Source of the DNA: an uncultured Eubacteriales bacterium
GTDB lineage: Bacteria; Bacillota; Clostridia; TANB77; CAG-508
Length of the DNA: 64,000 nt
Direction of reading: 5' to 3'
Assembly: GCA_949294555.1 (NCBI GenBank)
Contig: CASFHP010000002.1
Location: 38,087-102,086 of the forward strand
The position numbers were made by a program, and so were the translations under genes. The notes below the pieces were generated by a model, which made no database searches, had not been told where the DNA came from, and was given only the letters and a program-made list of their open reading frames with translations. Positions within the stretch are counted from its first letter, which is position 1. Every line of letters begins with the position of its first letter. Below, piece after piece: positions 18,682 to 29,118 of this stretch.

Positions 18682-19410
18682 TTACTGTGCTTTTAAAGTA
18701 ATTAGTGTCATTGTTACACTACCATTGGCAATTGCTCCCTGAATTTTAATATCATTGCCAGTCTCATTTTTAAACTTAAAATCATAACTACCATAGGCAA
18801 CCGCAGCATCCTTACCTTCTGCAACATAAGGAACATGATTACTATGAGGATGTCTTTCTACGACAGTTAAGCTAGGAACTGCAAGTACTGCATTATATAG
18901 CGTACTACTTACTTGACAATTACCACCACCATAGCCTTTTTTCTTGTTACCATTATGATCATAAATATCTGCTTCTAAATATCCTTTGCTACTTGTTGCT
19001 GGGCCAACAGTATTACAAAATGAAAATGTTTCTCCATTTTTGACAATTGTTCCATTTAATGTTGAAATTGTTATTTCCATATTTTTGTTTCTGTTAGAAT
19101 CATTAGAATAAATTTTGGTAGAAAAGGTAGATAATTGTTCTTCTATAATTTGAGGTGCTGGTGTTGTATTGCTATCTGATGTATTTGTCTGATTTTCTTC
19201 AGAAGATGTATTTTCCTGCGTATTTGTGGCGTTTTCATTATCTGAATTATTTTCGTCTTCAGATGTATTGGTTTCAGTAGATGTTCGATTGGCCTCATAA
19301 TTAGCTCCTTCGTCAGAATTTGAAGTTGCATTTTTTACATAAACATAGATACCAATTCCAATTAATATAAGTAAACCAATAATAATTAATATTCCCATTT
19401 TTTTATTCAT
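18682..19410 (-). CDS. VanW/YoaR-family protein
   Basis: N-terminal TM, N/T/S-rich linker, FSFCNTVG, GGGNCQVSSTLYNA, ERHPHS, DAAVAYG. Confidence 0.88.
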   Translation of the reverse strand: MNKKMGILIIIGLLILIGIGIYVYVKNATSNSDEGANYEANRTSTETNTSEDENNSDNENATNTQENTSSEENQTNTSDSNTTPAPQIIEEQLSTFSTKIYSNDSNRNKNMEITISTLNGTIVKNGETFSFCNTVGPATSSKGYLEADIYDHNGNKKKGYGGGNCQVSSTLYNAVLAVPSLTVVERHPHSNHVPYVAEGKDAAVAYGSYDFKFKNETGNDIKIQGAIANGSVTMTLITLKAQ

Positions 19411-19515
19411 TTTTATCACCAAATTTATTGTAACCAAAACCTTTAAAAATTATTGACAATTCACGAAAAAATATATATAATTATATATGGATATCAAAGG
19501 AAAAGGAGAAAAAAT

Positions 19516-19692
19516 ATGCTTGCTAAATATTGGAAAAAAATAGGAATGCTTATTTTAATTGTAGCTTGTGTGTTTAATGTTATGAATAAATTAGTGCACA
19601 AACTTTCATTAAACAGTGAAATGTTGTCTTCTGCACAATATATATATGACCAACAACAAAATGAAACAAATAATGAAAATAACACAAATTAG
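19516..19692 (+). CDS. Small hypothetical membrane protein
   Basis: AAGGAG RBS, upstream TTGACA..TATAAT, one TM segment. Confidence 0.65.
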   Translation: MLAKYWKKIGMLILIVACVFNVMNKLVHKLSLNSEMLSSAQYIYDQQQNETNNENNTN

Positions 19693-19771
19693 GTCTTGAA
19701 AAATATAAAAAAATATGTTATGATTAAAAACAGTCAGATTATTTTGAGTTTAAGAAAGAGGTGAACAAGAA

Positions 19772-19972
19772 ATGAAAGAAGGAATACATCCAAACTATAA
19801 CCAAACAACAATTACATGTGCATGTGGAAATGTTTTAGAAGTTGGTTCAACAAAAAAAGATATTAAAGTTGATATATGCTCTAAATGTCATCCATTCTGG
19901 ACAGGAAACTTAAGACAAGAAACAGCTGGTGGTAGAGCAGATAAATTTAAGAAAAAATATGGACTTGCATAA
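19772..19972 (+). CDS. rpmE: 50S ribosomal protein L31 (Zn-binding)
   Basis: [29 protein letters not shown]. Confidence 0.97.
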   Translation: MKEGIHPNYNQTTITCACGNVLEVGSTKKDIKVDICSKCHPFWTGNLRQETAGGRADKFKKKYGLA

Positions 19973-20103
19973 GAATAAAAGTAGAACAAAATCTACTTTT
20001 ATTTTTTTGCATTATAGGAAATTGCATTTTACAAAATATGAATAAATTTATTGCAAAAATCGCGAAAATATAATAAAATATGCAAAAGATGGAGGGTTTA
20101 ATC

Positions 20104-21516
20104 GTGGATACAATAAATGAAGTAAAAAAACAAGAAGAATATATAGAAAAAGTAAAAGAACTAAATAAAGGAAAAAATTTAAAATATCATATTTTAACAA
20201 TGGGATGTCAATTAAATGAGAACGATTCTGAAAAACTATGTGGAATGTTAGAAAAGATGGGATATGTTAGAACAGATAACTTTCAAGAAGCAGACCTGAA
20301 CGTATTTAACACTTGTTGTGTAAGAGAAAATGCAGAGGATAAGTTATTTGGAAAATTAGGAGAGTTAAAACGTGTAAAAGAAGAAAAAGGAACAATTATT
20401 GCCATTGGTGGCTGTATGATGCAAGAAAAGCATATAACAGATAAAATCAAAGAAAGTTATCCTTTTGTTGATATTTTATTTGGAACACATACTTTGTACC
20501 GTTTTCCAGAAGACTTATATAAAGCCTTAATAGAAAAGAAAAAACAAGAAGACATTTTAGATATAGACGGAGAAATTTATGAAGGTTTACCAATCAAAAG
20601 AGATAGCAATATTAAGGCATCTGTTACGATTATGAATGGTTGCAATAATTTTTGTACTTATTGCATTGTGCCATATGTAAGAGGAAGAGAAAGAAGTAGA
20701 GAGCCAAGAGAAATTATAAAGGAAGTAGAAGAACTTGCAAAACAAGGATATAAAGAAATTACATTATTAGGGCAAAATGTCAATTCTTATTTACGAGTAG
20801 AAAAAGAAAAAGAAAAACCATTTGAAGCATATCAAGGTGTCAATTCTTTTGCAACCTTGTTAAGAGCCATCAACAAAATAGATGGTATTGAAAGAATTCG
20901 ATTTGTTTCGCCACATCCAAAAGATTTTACAGATGATGTAATAGAAGCAATTGCCGATTGTGATAAAGTGTGCAAATTGGTACATTTACCATTACAATCT
21001 GGGAATACCAAAGTATTAAAAGAAATGAATCGAAAATATACCAAAGAACAATACCTTAATTTAGTAGAAAAAATGAAGGAAAAAATACCAAACTTAACAT
21101 TATCAACAGATATTATTGTGGGATTTCCTGGAGAGACAGAAGAAGAATTTGAAGATACTTTAGATGTTGTAAGAAAGGTAAGATTTGAACAAGTATTTAT
21201 GTTCATCTATTCAAGAAGAGTAGGAACACCAGGAGATAAAATGGAAAATCAAATTTCAGAAGAAGTAAAACATAAACGTTTTGATAGACTAAAAGCACTA
21301 GTAGAAAGTCAAATAGAAGAAAATAATCAAAAATATGTTGGTACCATCCAAAAAGTGCTAGTTGAAGGAACAAGCAAAAATAATGAAAACATGTTAACAG
21401 GAAGAACAGACAGCAATAAAGTAGTTATTTTTGAAGGGGCAAAAGAACAAATTGGAACGATGGTTGACTTAAAAATCGTGTCAGAACATATGTGGTATTT
21501 AAAAGGAAAAATATAA
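20104..21516 (+). CDS. miaB: tRNA methylthiotransferase MiaB
   Basis: TMGCQLNENDSE, NTCCVRENAE, GCNNFCTYCIVPYVRG, C-terminal TRAM domain; GTG start after GGAGG. Confidence 0.95.
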   Translation: MDTINEVKKQEEYIEKVKELNKGKNLKYHILTMGCQLNENDSEKLCGMLEKMGYVRTDNFQEADLNVFNTCCVRENAEDKLFGKLGELKRVKEEKGTIIAIGGCMMQEKHITDKIKESYPFVDILFGTHTLYRFPEDLYKALIEKKKQEDILDIDGEIYEGLPIKRDSNIKASVTIMNGCNNFCTYCIVPYVRGRERSREPREIIKEVEELAKQGYKEITLLGQNVNSYLRVEKEKEKPFEAYQGVNSFATLLRAINKIDGIERIRFVSPHPKDFTDDVIEAIADCDKVCKLVHLPLQSGNTKVLKEMNRKYTKEQYLNLVEKMKEKIPNLTLSTDIIVGFPGETEEEFEDTLDVVRKVRFEQVFMFIYSRRVGTPGDKMENQISEEVKHKRFDRLKALVESQIEENNQKYVGTIQKVLVEGTSKNNENMLTGRTDSNKVVIFEGAKEQIGTMVDLKIVSEHMWYLKGKI

Positions 21517-21535
21517 GTAAGGAATGTGAGTATAA

Positions 21536-21826
21536 ATGGATTTCGGATTGTCAAAAGAAGTATTAAGTCAAATAAGAAACATAGTAAACGAAAATCAAAA
21601 ATATCAATTTAAAATATTTGGTTCAAGAGCAAAAAATACATATAAAAAAACGTCAGACATCGATATTGCGGTTTTTGAAAATGTTAGCAAAGAAGACGAA
21701 TACAAAATACGAAATAGTTTTGACTTATTAAATATTGTATATAAAATTGATTTAGTATTTATAAATAAACATACAAAGCCAGAATTTTTAAAGGAAATTA
21801 TGGAAGAAGGGGTGGAAATAAAATGA
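21536..21826 (+). CDS. Minimal nucleotidyltransferase
   Basis: IFGSRAK..SDIDIAV, KIDLV. Confidence 0.88.
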   Translation: MDFGLSKEVLSQIRNIVNENQKYQFKIFGSRAKNTYKKTSDIDIAVFENVSKEDEYKIRNSFDLLNIVYKIDLVFINKHTKPEFLKEIMEEGVEIK

Positions 21827-22218
21827 AAAGATTTGAAGAAAGAAAACAGGATTTAGTAAATGCTACGAATAGATTAAAAGAAGCCTTAAATGAAGAAGAA
21901 AGTGAATTAATGGTAGATGCAGTATTACATAGATATGAATTCACATTTGAACTTGCTTGGAAAACACTAAAAGATTATTTAGAATATTTAGGTGTGACAA
22001 TGAATACAGGAAGTCCAAGAGAAGTAATAAAAGAAAGCTTTGCACATGAATTGATTTCTGATGGAGAAGTGTGGATAAAAATGATGCTTGCGAGAAATTC
22101 ATTATCTCATTTATATGATGAAGAAACATTTAGAGAAGTATATGAAGAAATAAAAAATGAGTATATCTACCAGATTGAAAAACTAGTTGAAACATTAGAA
22201 AAAGCTAAGAAAGAATAA
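21823..22218 (+). CDS. HI0074-type nucleotidyltransferase substrate-binding / HEPN-like protein
   Basis: RYEFTFELAWK, SPREVIK, RNSLSHLYD (R-x4-H). Confidence 0.88.
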   Translation: MKRFEERKQDLVNATNRLKEALNEEESELMVDAVLHRYEFTFELAWKTLKDYLEYLGVTMNTGSPREVIKESFAHELISDGEVWIKMMLARNSLSHLYDEETFREVYEEIKNEYIYQIEKLVETLEKAKKE

Positions 22219-22247
22219 TATGAAAAAGAAAGAAGGAAAAATACGAA

Positions 22248-24875
22248 ATGGCAGAAAACAAAGAAAAAGAATTTTCACCTATGATGCAACGCTATCTTGA
22301 AACAAAAGAACAATACAAAGACTGTATCCTATTTTACAGGCTAGGAGACTTTTATGAAATGTTCTTTGATGACGCAATTACTGCTGCAAGGGAATTAGAA
22401 ATTACACTAACAGGAAAAGACTGTGGACAAGAAGAAAGAGCACCAATGGCAGGTGTACCACATCATGCGGCTGAAATGTATATATCAAGATTAATTGCAA
22501 AAGGATATAAAGTTGCGATATGTGAACAATTAGAAGACCCCAAAACGGCAAAAGGAATTGTCAAAAGAGGCGTTATTAGAGTTGTTACGCCAGGCACAAT
22601 TGTAGAAAGCAATATGCTGGAAGAAAGAAAAAATAACTATATCATGTCTATTTTTAAATCTGGAATTTATTTCGGAATTAGTGTATGTGATATATCAACA
22701 GGAGAATTCTATGCAGCAGAAATCAAGGACAATAACAATTTTCCACAACTGTTAGATGAGATTGCAAGATATTCTCCATCAGAGTTAGTTATCAATTCTA
22801 ATTTGGCAGATTGCACAGAAGAAATGAGTAAAATCAGAGAACGTTTTAACGCATATATTACAAGATTTCAAGACAAATTTTTTGATACAAAGCCAGACAT
22901 TATCAAATTGCGATTTAATTTAGTAGATACCAACCAAAAGCCAATTGAAAATATAGAAGAAAGAAGTTTTGCAGTAGCAAGTATCAATGCACTAATTGAA
23001 TACATAGAGCAAACACAAATGACGAGTTTAGACCATATTAATAAAATTACGATTTATCAAATATCCAAATATATGTCTTTAGACATCAATGCGAGAAGAA
23101 ACTTAGAAATTACAGAAAAAATGAGAGATAAATCTAAAAAAGGAACCTTATTATGGGTGTTAGATAAAACCTCAACTTCAATGGGAGGAAGACATTTAAG
23201 AAGATGGCTAAATGACCCATTGATTGATACTTTAGAAATTAATAAAAGGCTAGAAGCAGTAAAAGAATTGAAAGAAAATGTTATGCTTAGGGGAGATGTT
23301 ATTGACAACCTAAAAAAAGTTTATGACATTGAAAGATTAGCAGGAAAAATGGCTTATGGCAATGCCAATGCAAGAGATATGATTACATTAAAAAATTCGC
23401 TAGCAAGATTGCCAGAAGTAAAAAGTGTTTTACAAAATTGTAACGCTCCAATGTTAAAAGATATTTATGAAAATTTGGATGAACTACAAGATATTCATGA
23501 ATTAATTGAGAAATCCATTGTAGAAGATCCACCAATGATAGTAAAAGATGGTGGAATTATCAAAATGGGATATAATGAAGAGGTAGACAAATTAAAAACA
23601 GCTACAACAGAAGGAAAAAACTGGATTATTCAATTAGAAGCTGAGGAAAGAGAAAAAACAGGAATTAAAAACTTAAAGGTTGGATTTAATAAAGTGTTTG
23701 GCTATTTCATCGAAGTCACAAAATCAAATTTGGACCAAGTTCCTGAAAGATATATCAGAAAACAAACTTTAACAAATGCGGAAAGATACATCACAGAAGA
23801 GTTGAAAAACTTAGAAAACCAAATTTTAGGAGCAGAAGAAAAAGTCGTTATATTGGAATATGATTTGTTTACAAAGATAAGAGAAGAAATTGCCAAAAAT
23901 ATTGTTAGATTACAAAAAACAGCAACAATGGTATCTACTTTAGATGTGTTGGCGTCATTTGCACAGGTGGCAGAAGATATGAATTATTGCATGCCACAAG
24001 TAGACAATTCAGGTGTGATTGATATAAAGGGTGGACGCCATCCAGTAATTGAAAAAATGCTAGGTGCAGGAGAGTTTGTAGAAAATGATACATATCTTGA
24101 TAAAGATGAAAATAGACTATCAATCATTACAGGACCAAACATGGCAGGTAAATCAACATATATGAGACAAGTTGCTTTGATTACACTAATGGCACAAGTG
24201 GGAAGCTTTGTACCAGCAGAAGAGGCTAAAATTGGTGTAGTTGATAAAATCTTTACAAGAGTTGGTGCATCTGATGATCTAAGTATGGGACAAAGTACTT
24301 TCATGGTAGAAATGATGGAAGTAGCTACCATTTTAAAAGAAGCGACGCCAAACAGTCTAGTCATTTTAGATGAAATTGGAAGAGGAACTTCGACTTATGA
24401 TGGACTGTCTATTGCTTGGGCAGTAGCAGAATACATTGCCAATAAAGAAAAATGTGGTGCAAAAACATTATTTGCTACACACTATCATGAATTAACAGAA
24501 CTAGAAGAAAAAATAGAAGGTGTTAAAAATTATTCGATTGCCGTTAAAGAAAAAGGAGAAGATATTATCTTTTTAAGAAAGATTGTGAGAGGCGGAACAG
24601 ATGAAAGCTATGGTATTCATGTTGCAAGATTAGCAGGTGTTCCAAAAATGGTAACAGAAGAGGCAAATAAAATCTTGAAATCTTTAGAGAGAAAAAATAT
24701 TTTAACTGGTAAAAAAGAAGAAAAGAAAGATAAAAAACAGGTAGAAGGACAATTTGATATGTATAATTTCAAATTAGCAGAAATTGCCCATGAAATTGAT
24801 AAAATTAATCTAAACGAGTTAACACCAATTGATGCATTAAATACATTGGTAAAGATTAAAGAAAAGATGAAATAA
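22248..24875 (+). CDS. mutS: DNA mismatch repair protein MutS
   Basis: FYRLGDFYEMF, GPNMAGKSTYMRQ, DEIGRGTST, FATHYHEL. Confidence 0.98.
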   Translation: MAENKEKEFSPMMQRYLETKEQYKDCILFYRLGDFYEMFFDDAITAARELEITLTGKDCGQEERAPMAGVPHHAAEMYISRLIAKGYKVAICEQLEDPKTAKGIVKRGVIRVVTPGTIVESNMLEERKNNYIMSIFKSGIYFGISVCDISTGEFYAAEIKDNNNFPQLLDEIARYSPSELVINSNLADCTEEMSKIRERFNAYITRFQDKFFDTKPDIIKLRFNLVDTNQKPIENIEERSFAVASINALIEYIEQTQMTSLDHINKITIYQISKYMSLDINARRNLEITEKMRDKSKKGTLLWVLDKTSTSMGGRHLRRWLNDPLIDTLEINKRLEAVKELKENVMLRGDVIDNLKKVYDIERLAGKMAYGNANARDMITLKNSLARLPEVKSVLQNCNAPMLKDIYENLDELQDIHELIEKSIVEDPPMIVKDGGIIKMGYNEEVDKLKTATTEGKNWIIQLEAEEREKTGIKNLKVGFNKVFGYFIEVTKSNLDQVPERYIRKQTLTNAERYITEELKNLENQILGAEEKVVILEYDLFTKIREEIAKNIVRLQKTATMVSTLDVLASFAQVAEDMNYCMPQVDNSGVIDIKGGRHPVIEKMLGAGEFVENDTYLDKDENRLSIITGPNMAGKSTYMRQVALITLMAQVGSFVPAEEAKIGVVDKIFTRVGASDDLSMGQSTFMVEMMEVATILKEATPNSLVILDEIGRGTSTYDGLSIAWAVAEYIANKEKCGAKTLFATHYHELTELEEKIEGVKNYSIAVKEKGEDIIFLRKIVRGGTDESYGIHVARLAGVPKMVTEEANKILKSLERKNILTGKKEEKKDKKQVEGQFDMYNFKLAEIAHEIDKINLNELTPIDALNTLVKIKEKMK

Positions 24876-24906
24876 TGTCCAATTGGGGACGTTTCTATTT
24901 GGACAT
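24876..24906. repeat. GGGGACG-family REP-like copy abutting the mutS stop codon
   Basis: TGTCCAATTGGGGACGTTTCT identical to the left arm at 18525. Confidence 0.8.
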
Positions 24907-25199
24907 TTAGAGGAAAACAAGTAATGTTAGATAGTGATGTGACTATGTTATATCGGTATACAACCAAAAATATAAATAAAGCTATGAAAAGAAATATTAA
25001 TAGATTTCCAGAGGATTTTTGTTTTCAATTAACAGAAAAAGAAGTGGAAAACTTGAGGTTCCAATTTGGAACCTCAAGTTTAAACAAAGAAAATTATGGT
25101 GGAAGAAGGTATTTACCATATGTTTATACAGAACAATGTTTCACAATCTCAATAATAGAAGGTAATGAATATATCGAAAAAATGAGTCATTATATTTAA
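24903..25199 (+). pseudogene. Truncated ORF6N-domain protein remnant
   Basis: TFRGKQVMLDSDV..KRNINRFPEDFCFQLT..GGRRYLPYVYTEQ; lacks its N-terminus/RBS and diverges after TEQ. Confidence 0.8.
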
Positions 25200-25354
25200 A
25201 AAGATATAAGAATTAAAAGGGAGCCAGTGATGGCTTCTTTTTGTTGAAAAGGAAAAGTTGTTTTTTCTTTTCAACAAATAAATTTATCGCCAAAAATTCC
25301 CATAGGAAAAAGCAAAAAGAAATGCTAATATAGTATTAGAGGTGAAATTTACAT

Positions 25355-26578
25355 ATGAGATTGTTAAAAAGATATGGGGATAAGTTATTAGAAAAAGAAC
25401 TAAAAGCAAGCTATCGTTTCTTTATAAAAGAAGCAAATGTAAACTTAAAAAGTGAGGGATATGGATTAATAAAAGACAAAGACATGTATGCAGATGAAAT
25501 TGCAAGTATTGCATCAGTGGGGTATGGATTAGCAGCATTGGCCATAGGCTGTAATAGAAATTGGATTTCTTATCCAGAAGCCTATAAAAGAGTAAGCAAA
25601 ACATTAGATACTTTTTTAAATGTAGTTGAAGGAAAAAATGGATTTTTTTATCATTTTGTAAATATGGATACAGGAAAAAGAGAATGGGATTGTGAAATAT
25701 CAATTATTGATACAGCAATTTTCATATGTGGAGCAATATTAGCGGGAGAATTTTTTCAAGGAAGAATCAAACAAAAGGCAGAAGAGTTATATAGAAGAGT
25801 AAATTGGGAATGGTATAGAAATAAAGAAAACAATTATTTTTATATGGGATATAAGCCAGAAACAGGATTTTGGGGACATTGGGATATGTACGCAGAACAA
25901 CTTATGCTATATGTTTTAGGTGTAGCATCTCCAACATATCCAATTAGCAAAACCATGTATAATGACATGAAAAAAGAAACAAGTACATATGAAGGAATAA
26001 AAGATATTATTTATACATATTGTGGGACATTATTTACCTATCAATTTTCTCATGCTTGGATAGATTTTCGAGATAGAAAAGACGAAAATGGGATTGATTG
26101 GTTTGAAAATTCAAAAAAAGCGACAATTGCCAATAGACTATATTGCATTAAAAATAAAGATAAATTTAAAACATTTGGTGAAAACTCTTGGGGATTAACA
26201 GCATGTTTAGGGCCTAATGGATATTCAGGTGGATATGGAGCAATGCCAGCTTTAGCAGATTTAGACCAGCAAAATGACGGAACTGTTAGTCCATGTGGTG
26301 CAGTGGGTTCAATCGTTTTTACACCAGAATTAAGCATAAAAGCATTAGAAAATTTTTACAATCATTATCCAAAGCTATGGGGAAAATATGGCTTTATTGA
26401 TGGATATAATCTTGAAAACGGAGAATGGTATTCCAAAGAAGTAATAGGCATTGATAAAGGAATATCTATGATAATGATAGAAAATTATTTGTCACAATTC
26501 ATTTGGAGACAGTTTATGAAAAATGAATATGTGCAAAAAGGATTAGAAATGTTAAATATTAGGCGGAGGTTTCCATGA
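25355..26578 (+). CDS. Glucoamylase-like glycoside hydrolase (GH144-type, putative endo-beta-1,2-glucanase)
   Basis: ASIASVGYGL, GFFYHF, EISIIDTA, LFTYQFSHAWIDFR, WGLTAC, IGIDKG. Confidence 0.8.
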   Translation: MRLLKRYGDKLLEKELKASYRFFIKEANVNLKSEGYGLIKDKDMYADEIASIASVGYGLAALAIGCNRNWISYPEAYKRVSKTLDTFLNVVEGKNGFFYHFVNMDTGKREWDCEISIIDTAIFICGAILAGEFFQGRIKQKAEELYRRVNWEWYRNKENNYFYMGYKPETGFWGHWDMYAEQLMLYVLGVASPTYPISKTMYNDMKKETSTYEGIKDIIYTYCGTLFTYQFSHAWIDFRDRKDENGIDWFENSKKATIANRLYCIKNKDKFKTFGENSWGLTACLGPNGYSGGYGAMPALADLDQQNDGTVSPCGAVGSIVFTPELSIKALENFYNHYPKLWGKYGFIDGYNLENGEWYSKEVIGIDKGISMIMIENYLSQFIWRQFMKNEYVQKGLEMLNIRRRFP

Positions 26579-28803
26579 AACACAAAGAAATACTGGAATT
26601 ATTAAATAAAATGACAATAGAAGAAAAAATCGGTCAAATGGTACAAATAGCTGGAGATATATTTTTATCAGAGGATAAAAATGCAGTATTAACAGGACCA
26701 TTAAAAGATTTGCATTTACACAATGAAATGGTATATTCTATTGGCTCTGTTTTAAATGTTATAGGAGCCAGAAATGTAAGACAAGTCCAAAAGGAATATT
26801 TATCAAAAAGTAGATTAAAAATACCATTATTATTTATGGATGATATTATTAATGGATATAAAATTGCATTCCCAATTCCTATTGCACAAGGATGTTCATG
26901 GAATATCAAAGTCATTAAAGAAATGGCAGAAATTTCTGCTATGGAATCTAGCATAGCAGGTGCCAATGTAAACTTTTCGCCAATGGTGGATTTATCAAGA
27001 GATGCCAGATGGGGAAGAGTGATGGAATCTATTGGAGGGGAAGACCCTCTTCTAGGAGAAATATATGCAAAAACAATTGTGGAAACCTATCAAGGGAAAA
27101 AACTTACAGAAGTAGGAAAAATAGCATCTTGTGTAAAACATATTGCAGCTTATGGTGCAGTAGAAGCTGGAAGAGACTATAACACAGTAGATATGTCAGA
27201 AAGAGAATTCAGACAATATTATCTACCAGCATATAAATCAGCAATAGAAGCAGGAGCAGAAATGCTAATGACTTCTTTTAATATCTTAAATGGAATACCT
27301 GCAACTGTTAATACTTGGTTAATTCAAGAAATTATTAGAAAAGAATTAGGGTTCAAAGGAATTATCATTTCAGATTATGGTGCCATAGAAGAAACAATTG
27401 CACATGGTTATTCTGCAAATGGAAAAGAAGCTGCAAAAAATGCTATCAATGCAGGTGTAGATATTGATATGATGTCTAGCATATATGCGAATTATCTAAA
27501 AGAACTATGTATAGAAAATCAAGAAATAGAAAACAAAGTAAATGAAAGTGTATTACGAATATTATCATTAAAGAATAAACTAGGATTATTTGAAAATCCT
27601 TATGGGAATATAAATGAAGAAAAAGAAAAAACATATTTGATGAATCCAAGCAATTTGGAAAAAGCAAAAAAATTAACACAAGAAACATTTGTCTTATTGA
27701 AAAATAAACATCATATTTTACCAATAAACAAAGATAAAAAAATTGCTTTTATTGGACCATATGTAAACAATATTGGAATTACTGGTTCATGGTCAATGTT
27801 TTCTGACAGAAGTCAAAATCATACATTATTAGATAGTTTCCAAGAAAAACTAGGAAATAATATAGCCTATGCAAAAGGAAGTGAAATTTTAAGACAAGAA
27901 GAAATTAATAAAATATTGTCAGCAGAGGGATTGCCAATGGTTCATATAGAAAATGAAGCACAAAAAGAACAAGAAATGATTGCCTCAGCTGTAGAAATTT
28001 CAAAAAGAGCAGATATTATTCTTTTAGCATTAGGAGAACATTATAAGCAAACAGGAGAAGCCTGTTCACGTTCAGACATTGCATTACCAGAAAATCAAAT
28101 ACAATTGATAAACGAATTATACAAATTATCAAAACCAATGATTTTAATCTTGTTTAATGGGAGACCACTTCAGCTAAACACGATAGAAGAAAAGCTAGAC
28201 TCTATTTTGGAAGTATGGTTCCCAGGAACGACAGGGGCAAAAGCAATTACAGAAATCATACTAGGAGAAGAAAATCCATCAGGAAAACTAACCATGAGTT
28301 TTCCGCAAAATGTAGGGCAATGCCCAGTATATTATAACCATTACAACACAGGTAGACCACATCATGACAATTTTCGATATGTATCAAGATATCAAGACAT
28401 TCCGACAGAAAGTTTTTATCCATTTGGGTATGGTTTGTCATATTGTGATTTCAAATATACAGAATTACATCTAAACAAGCATAAAATTAGTGAAAATGAA
28501 ACAATTACAGTAATGGTAAAAATAGAAAATCAAAGTAATTATGCAGGATATGAAGTGGTACAGTTATATATTCAAGATGTATATGGAAGTGTGGTAAGAC
28601 CAGTAAAAGAATTAAAAGCATTTAAAAAAGAATATTTTAAACCTCATGAAATAAAATATGTGAAATTTGATATTAGTATTGATATGCTAAAATTTTGGAA
28701 TGATAAATTGGATTATGTTGCAGAGCCTGGACAGTTTAAGGTTTTTGTTGGTGGGGATTCTGTGAAGGTTTTGGAGGATAAATTTGAATTTTTGTTGGAT
28801 TAG
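26575..28803 (+). CDS. GH3 beta-glucosidase (BglX-like)
   Basis: MTIEEKIGQ, RDARWGR, KHIAAYG, IISDYG nucleophile motif, YPFGYGLSY, C-terminal Fn3-like domain. Confidence 0.92.
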   Translation: MKHKEILELLNKMTIEEKIGQMVQIAGDIFLSEDKNAVLTGPLKDLHLHNEMVYSIGSVLNVIGARNVRQVQKEYLSKSRLKIPLLFMDDIINGYKIAFPIPIAQGCSWNIKVIKEMAEISAMESSIAGANVNFSPMVDLSRDARWGRVMESIGGEDPLLGEIYAKTIVETYQGKKLTEVGKIASCVKHIAAYGAVEAGRDYNTVDMSEREFRQYYLPAYKSAIEAGAEMLMTSFNILNGIPATVNTWLIQEIIRKELGFKGIIISDYGAIEETIAHGYSANGKEAAKNAINAGVDIDMMSSIYANYLKELCIENQEIENKVNESVLRILSLKNKLGLFENPYGNINEEKEKTYLMNPSNLEKAKKLTQETFVLLKNKHHILPINKDKKIAFIGPYVNNIGITGSWSMFSDRSQNHTLLDSFQEKLGNNIAYAKGSEILRQEEINKILSAEGLPMVHIENEAQKEQEMIASAVEISKRADIILLALGEHYKQTGEACSRSDIALPENQIQLINELYKLSKPMILILFNGRPLQLNTIEEKLDSILEVWFPGTTGAKAITEIILGEENPSGKLTMSFPQNVGQCPVYYNHYNTGRPHHDNFRYVSRYQDIPTESFYPFGYGLSYCDFKYTELHLNKHKISENETITVMVKIENQSNYAGYEVVQLYIQDVYGSVVRPVKELKAFKKEYFKPHEIKYVKFDISIDMLKFWNDKLDYVAEPGQFKVFVGGDSVKVLEDKFEFLLD

Positions 28804-28901
28804 TATTCTTAATATTATTTGTTTTAGTGTTAGATTATATGAGGACAAGAGTAGGATTAAAACCAGAAGAATATGATAAAAAAGATATTGAACTAGAATA
28901 G
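28803..28901 (+). pseudogene. 3'-terminal remnant of an MFS transporter gene
   Basis: VFLILFVLVLDYMRTRVGLKPEEYDKKDIELE* resembles the C-terminus of the MFS remnant ending at 32280 (YMKGRVGLNPEDY). Confidence 0.7.
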
Positions 28902-29118
28902 AATAAAATATTCTTTGTGTGGATAGGTAGAGTGTTTTTTCTCTACCTATTTTTCTATTTTTTATGTAAAAATAGAAAAACAGTATATTATTTGCTATAA
29001 TAAAAGCAAAAAATATAGAATGTTAAGTTTAGTTGACAAATTTCCAAGGCTAGTTGGTAGTGTGCAACCAAAATTTACAGTATAATTTAGTTAAGAAATT
29101 TGAAAGGAGAAATAAAAA

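Noticed and set aside
22248..24875. AGG as an equivalent shift codon
   Set aside because: In-frame AGG occurs in intact mutS (TAC AGG CTA) and ftsZ (ACC AGG GCA) without a frame break.
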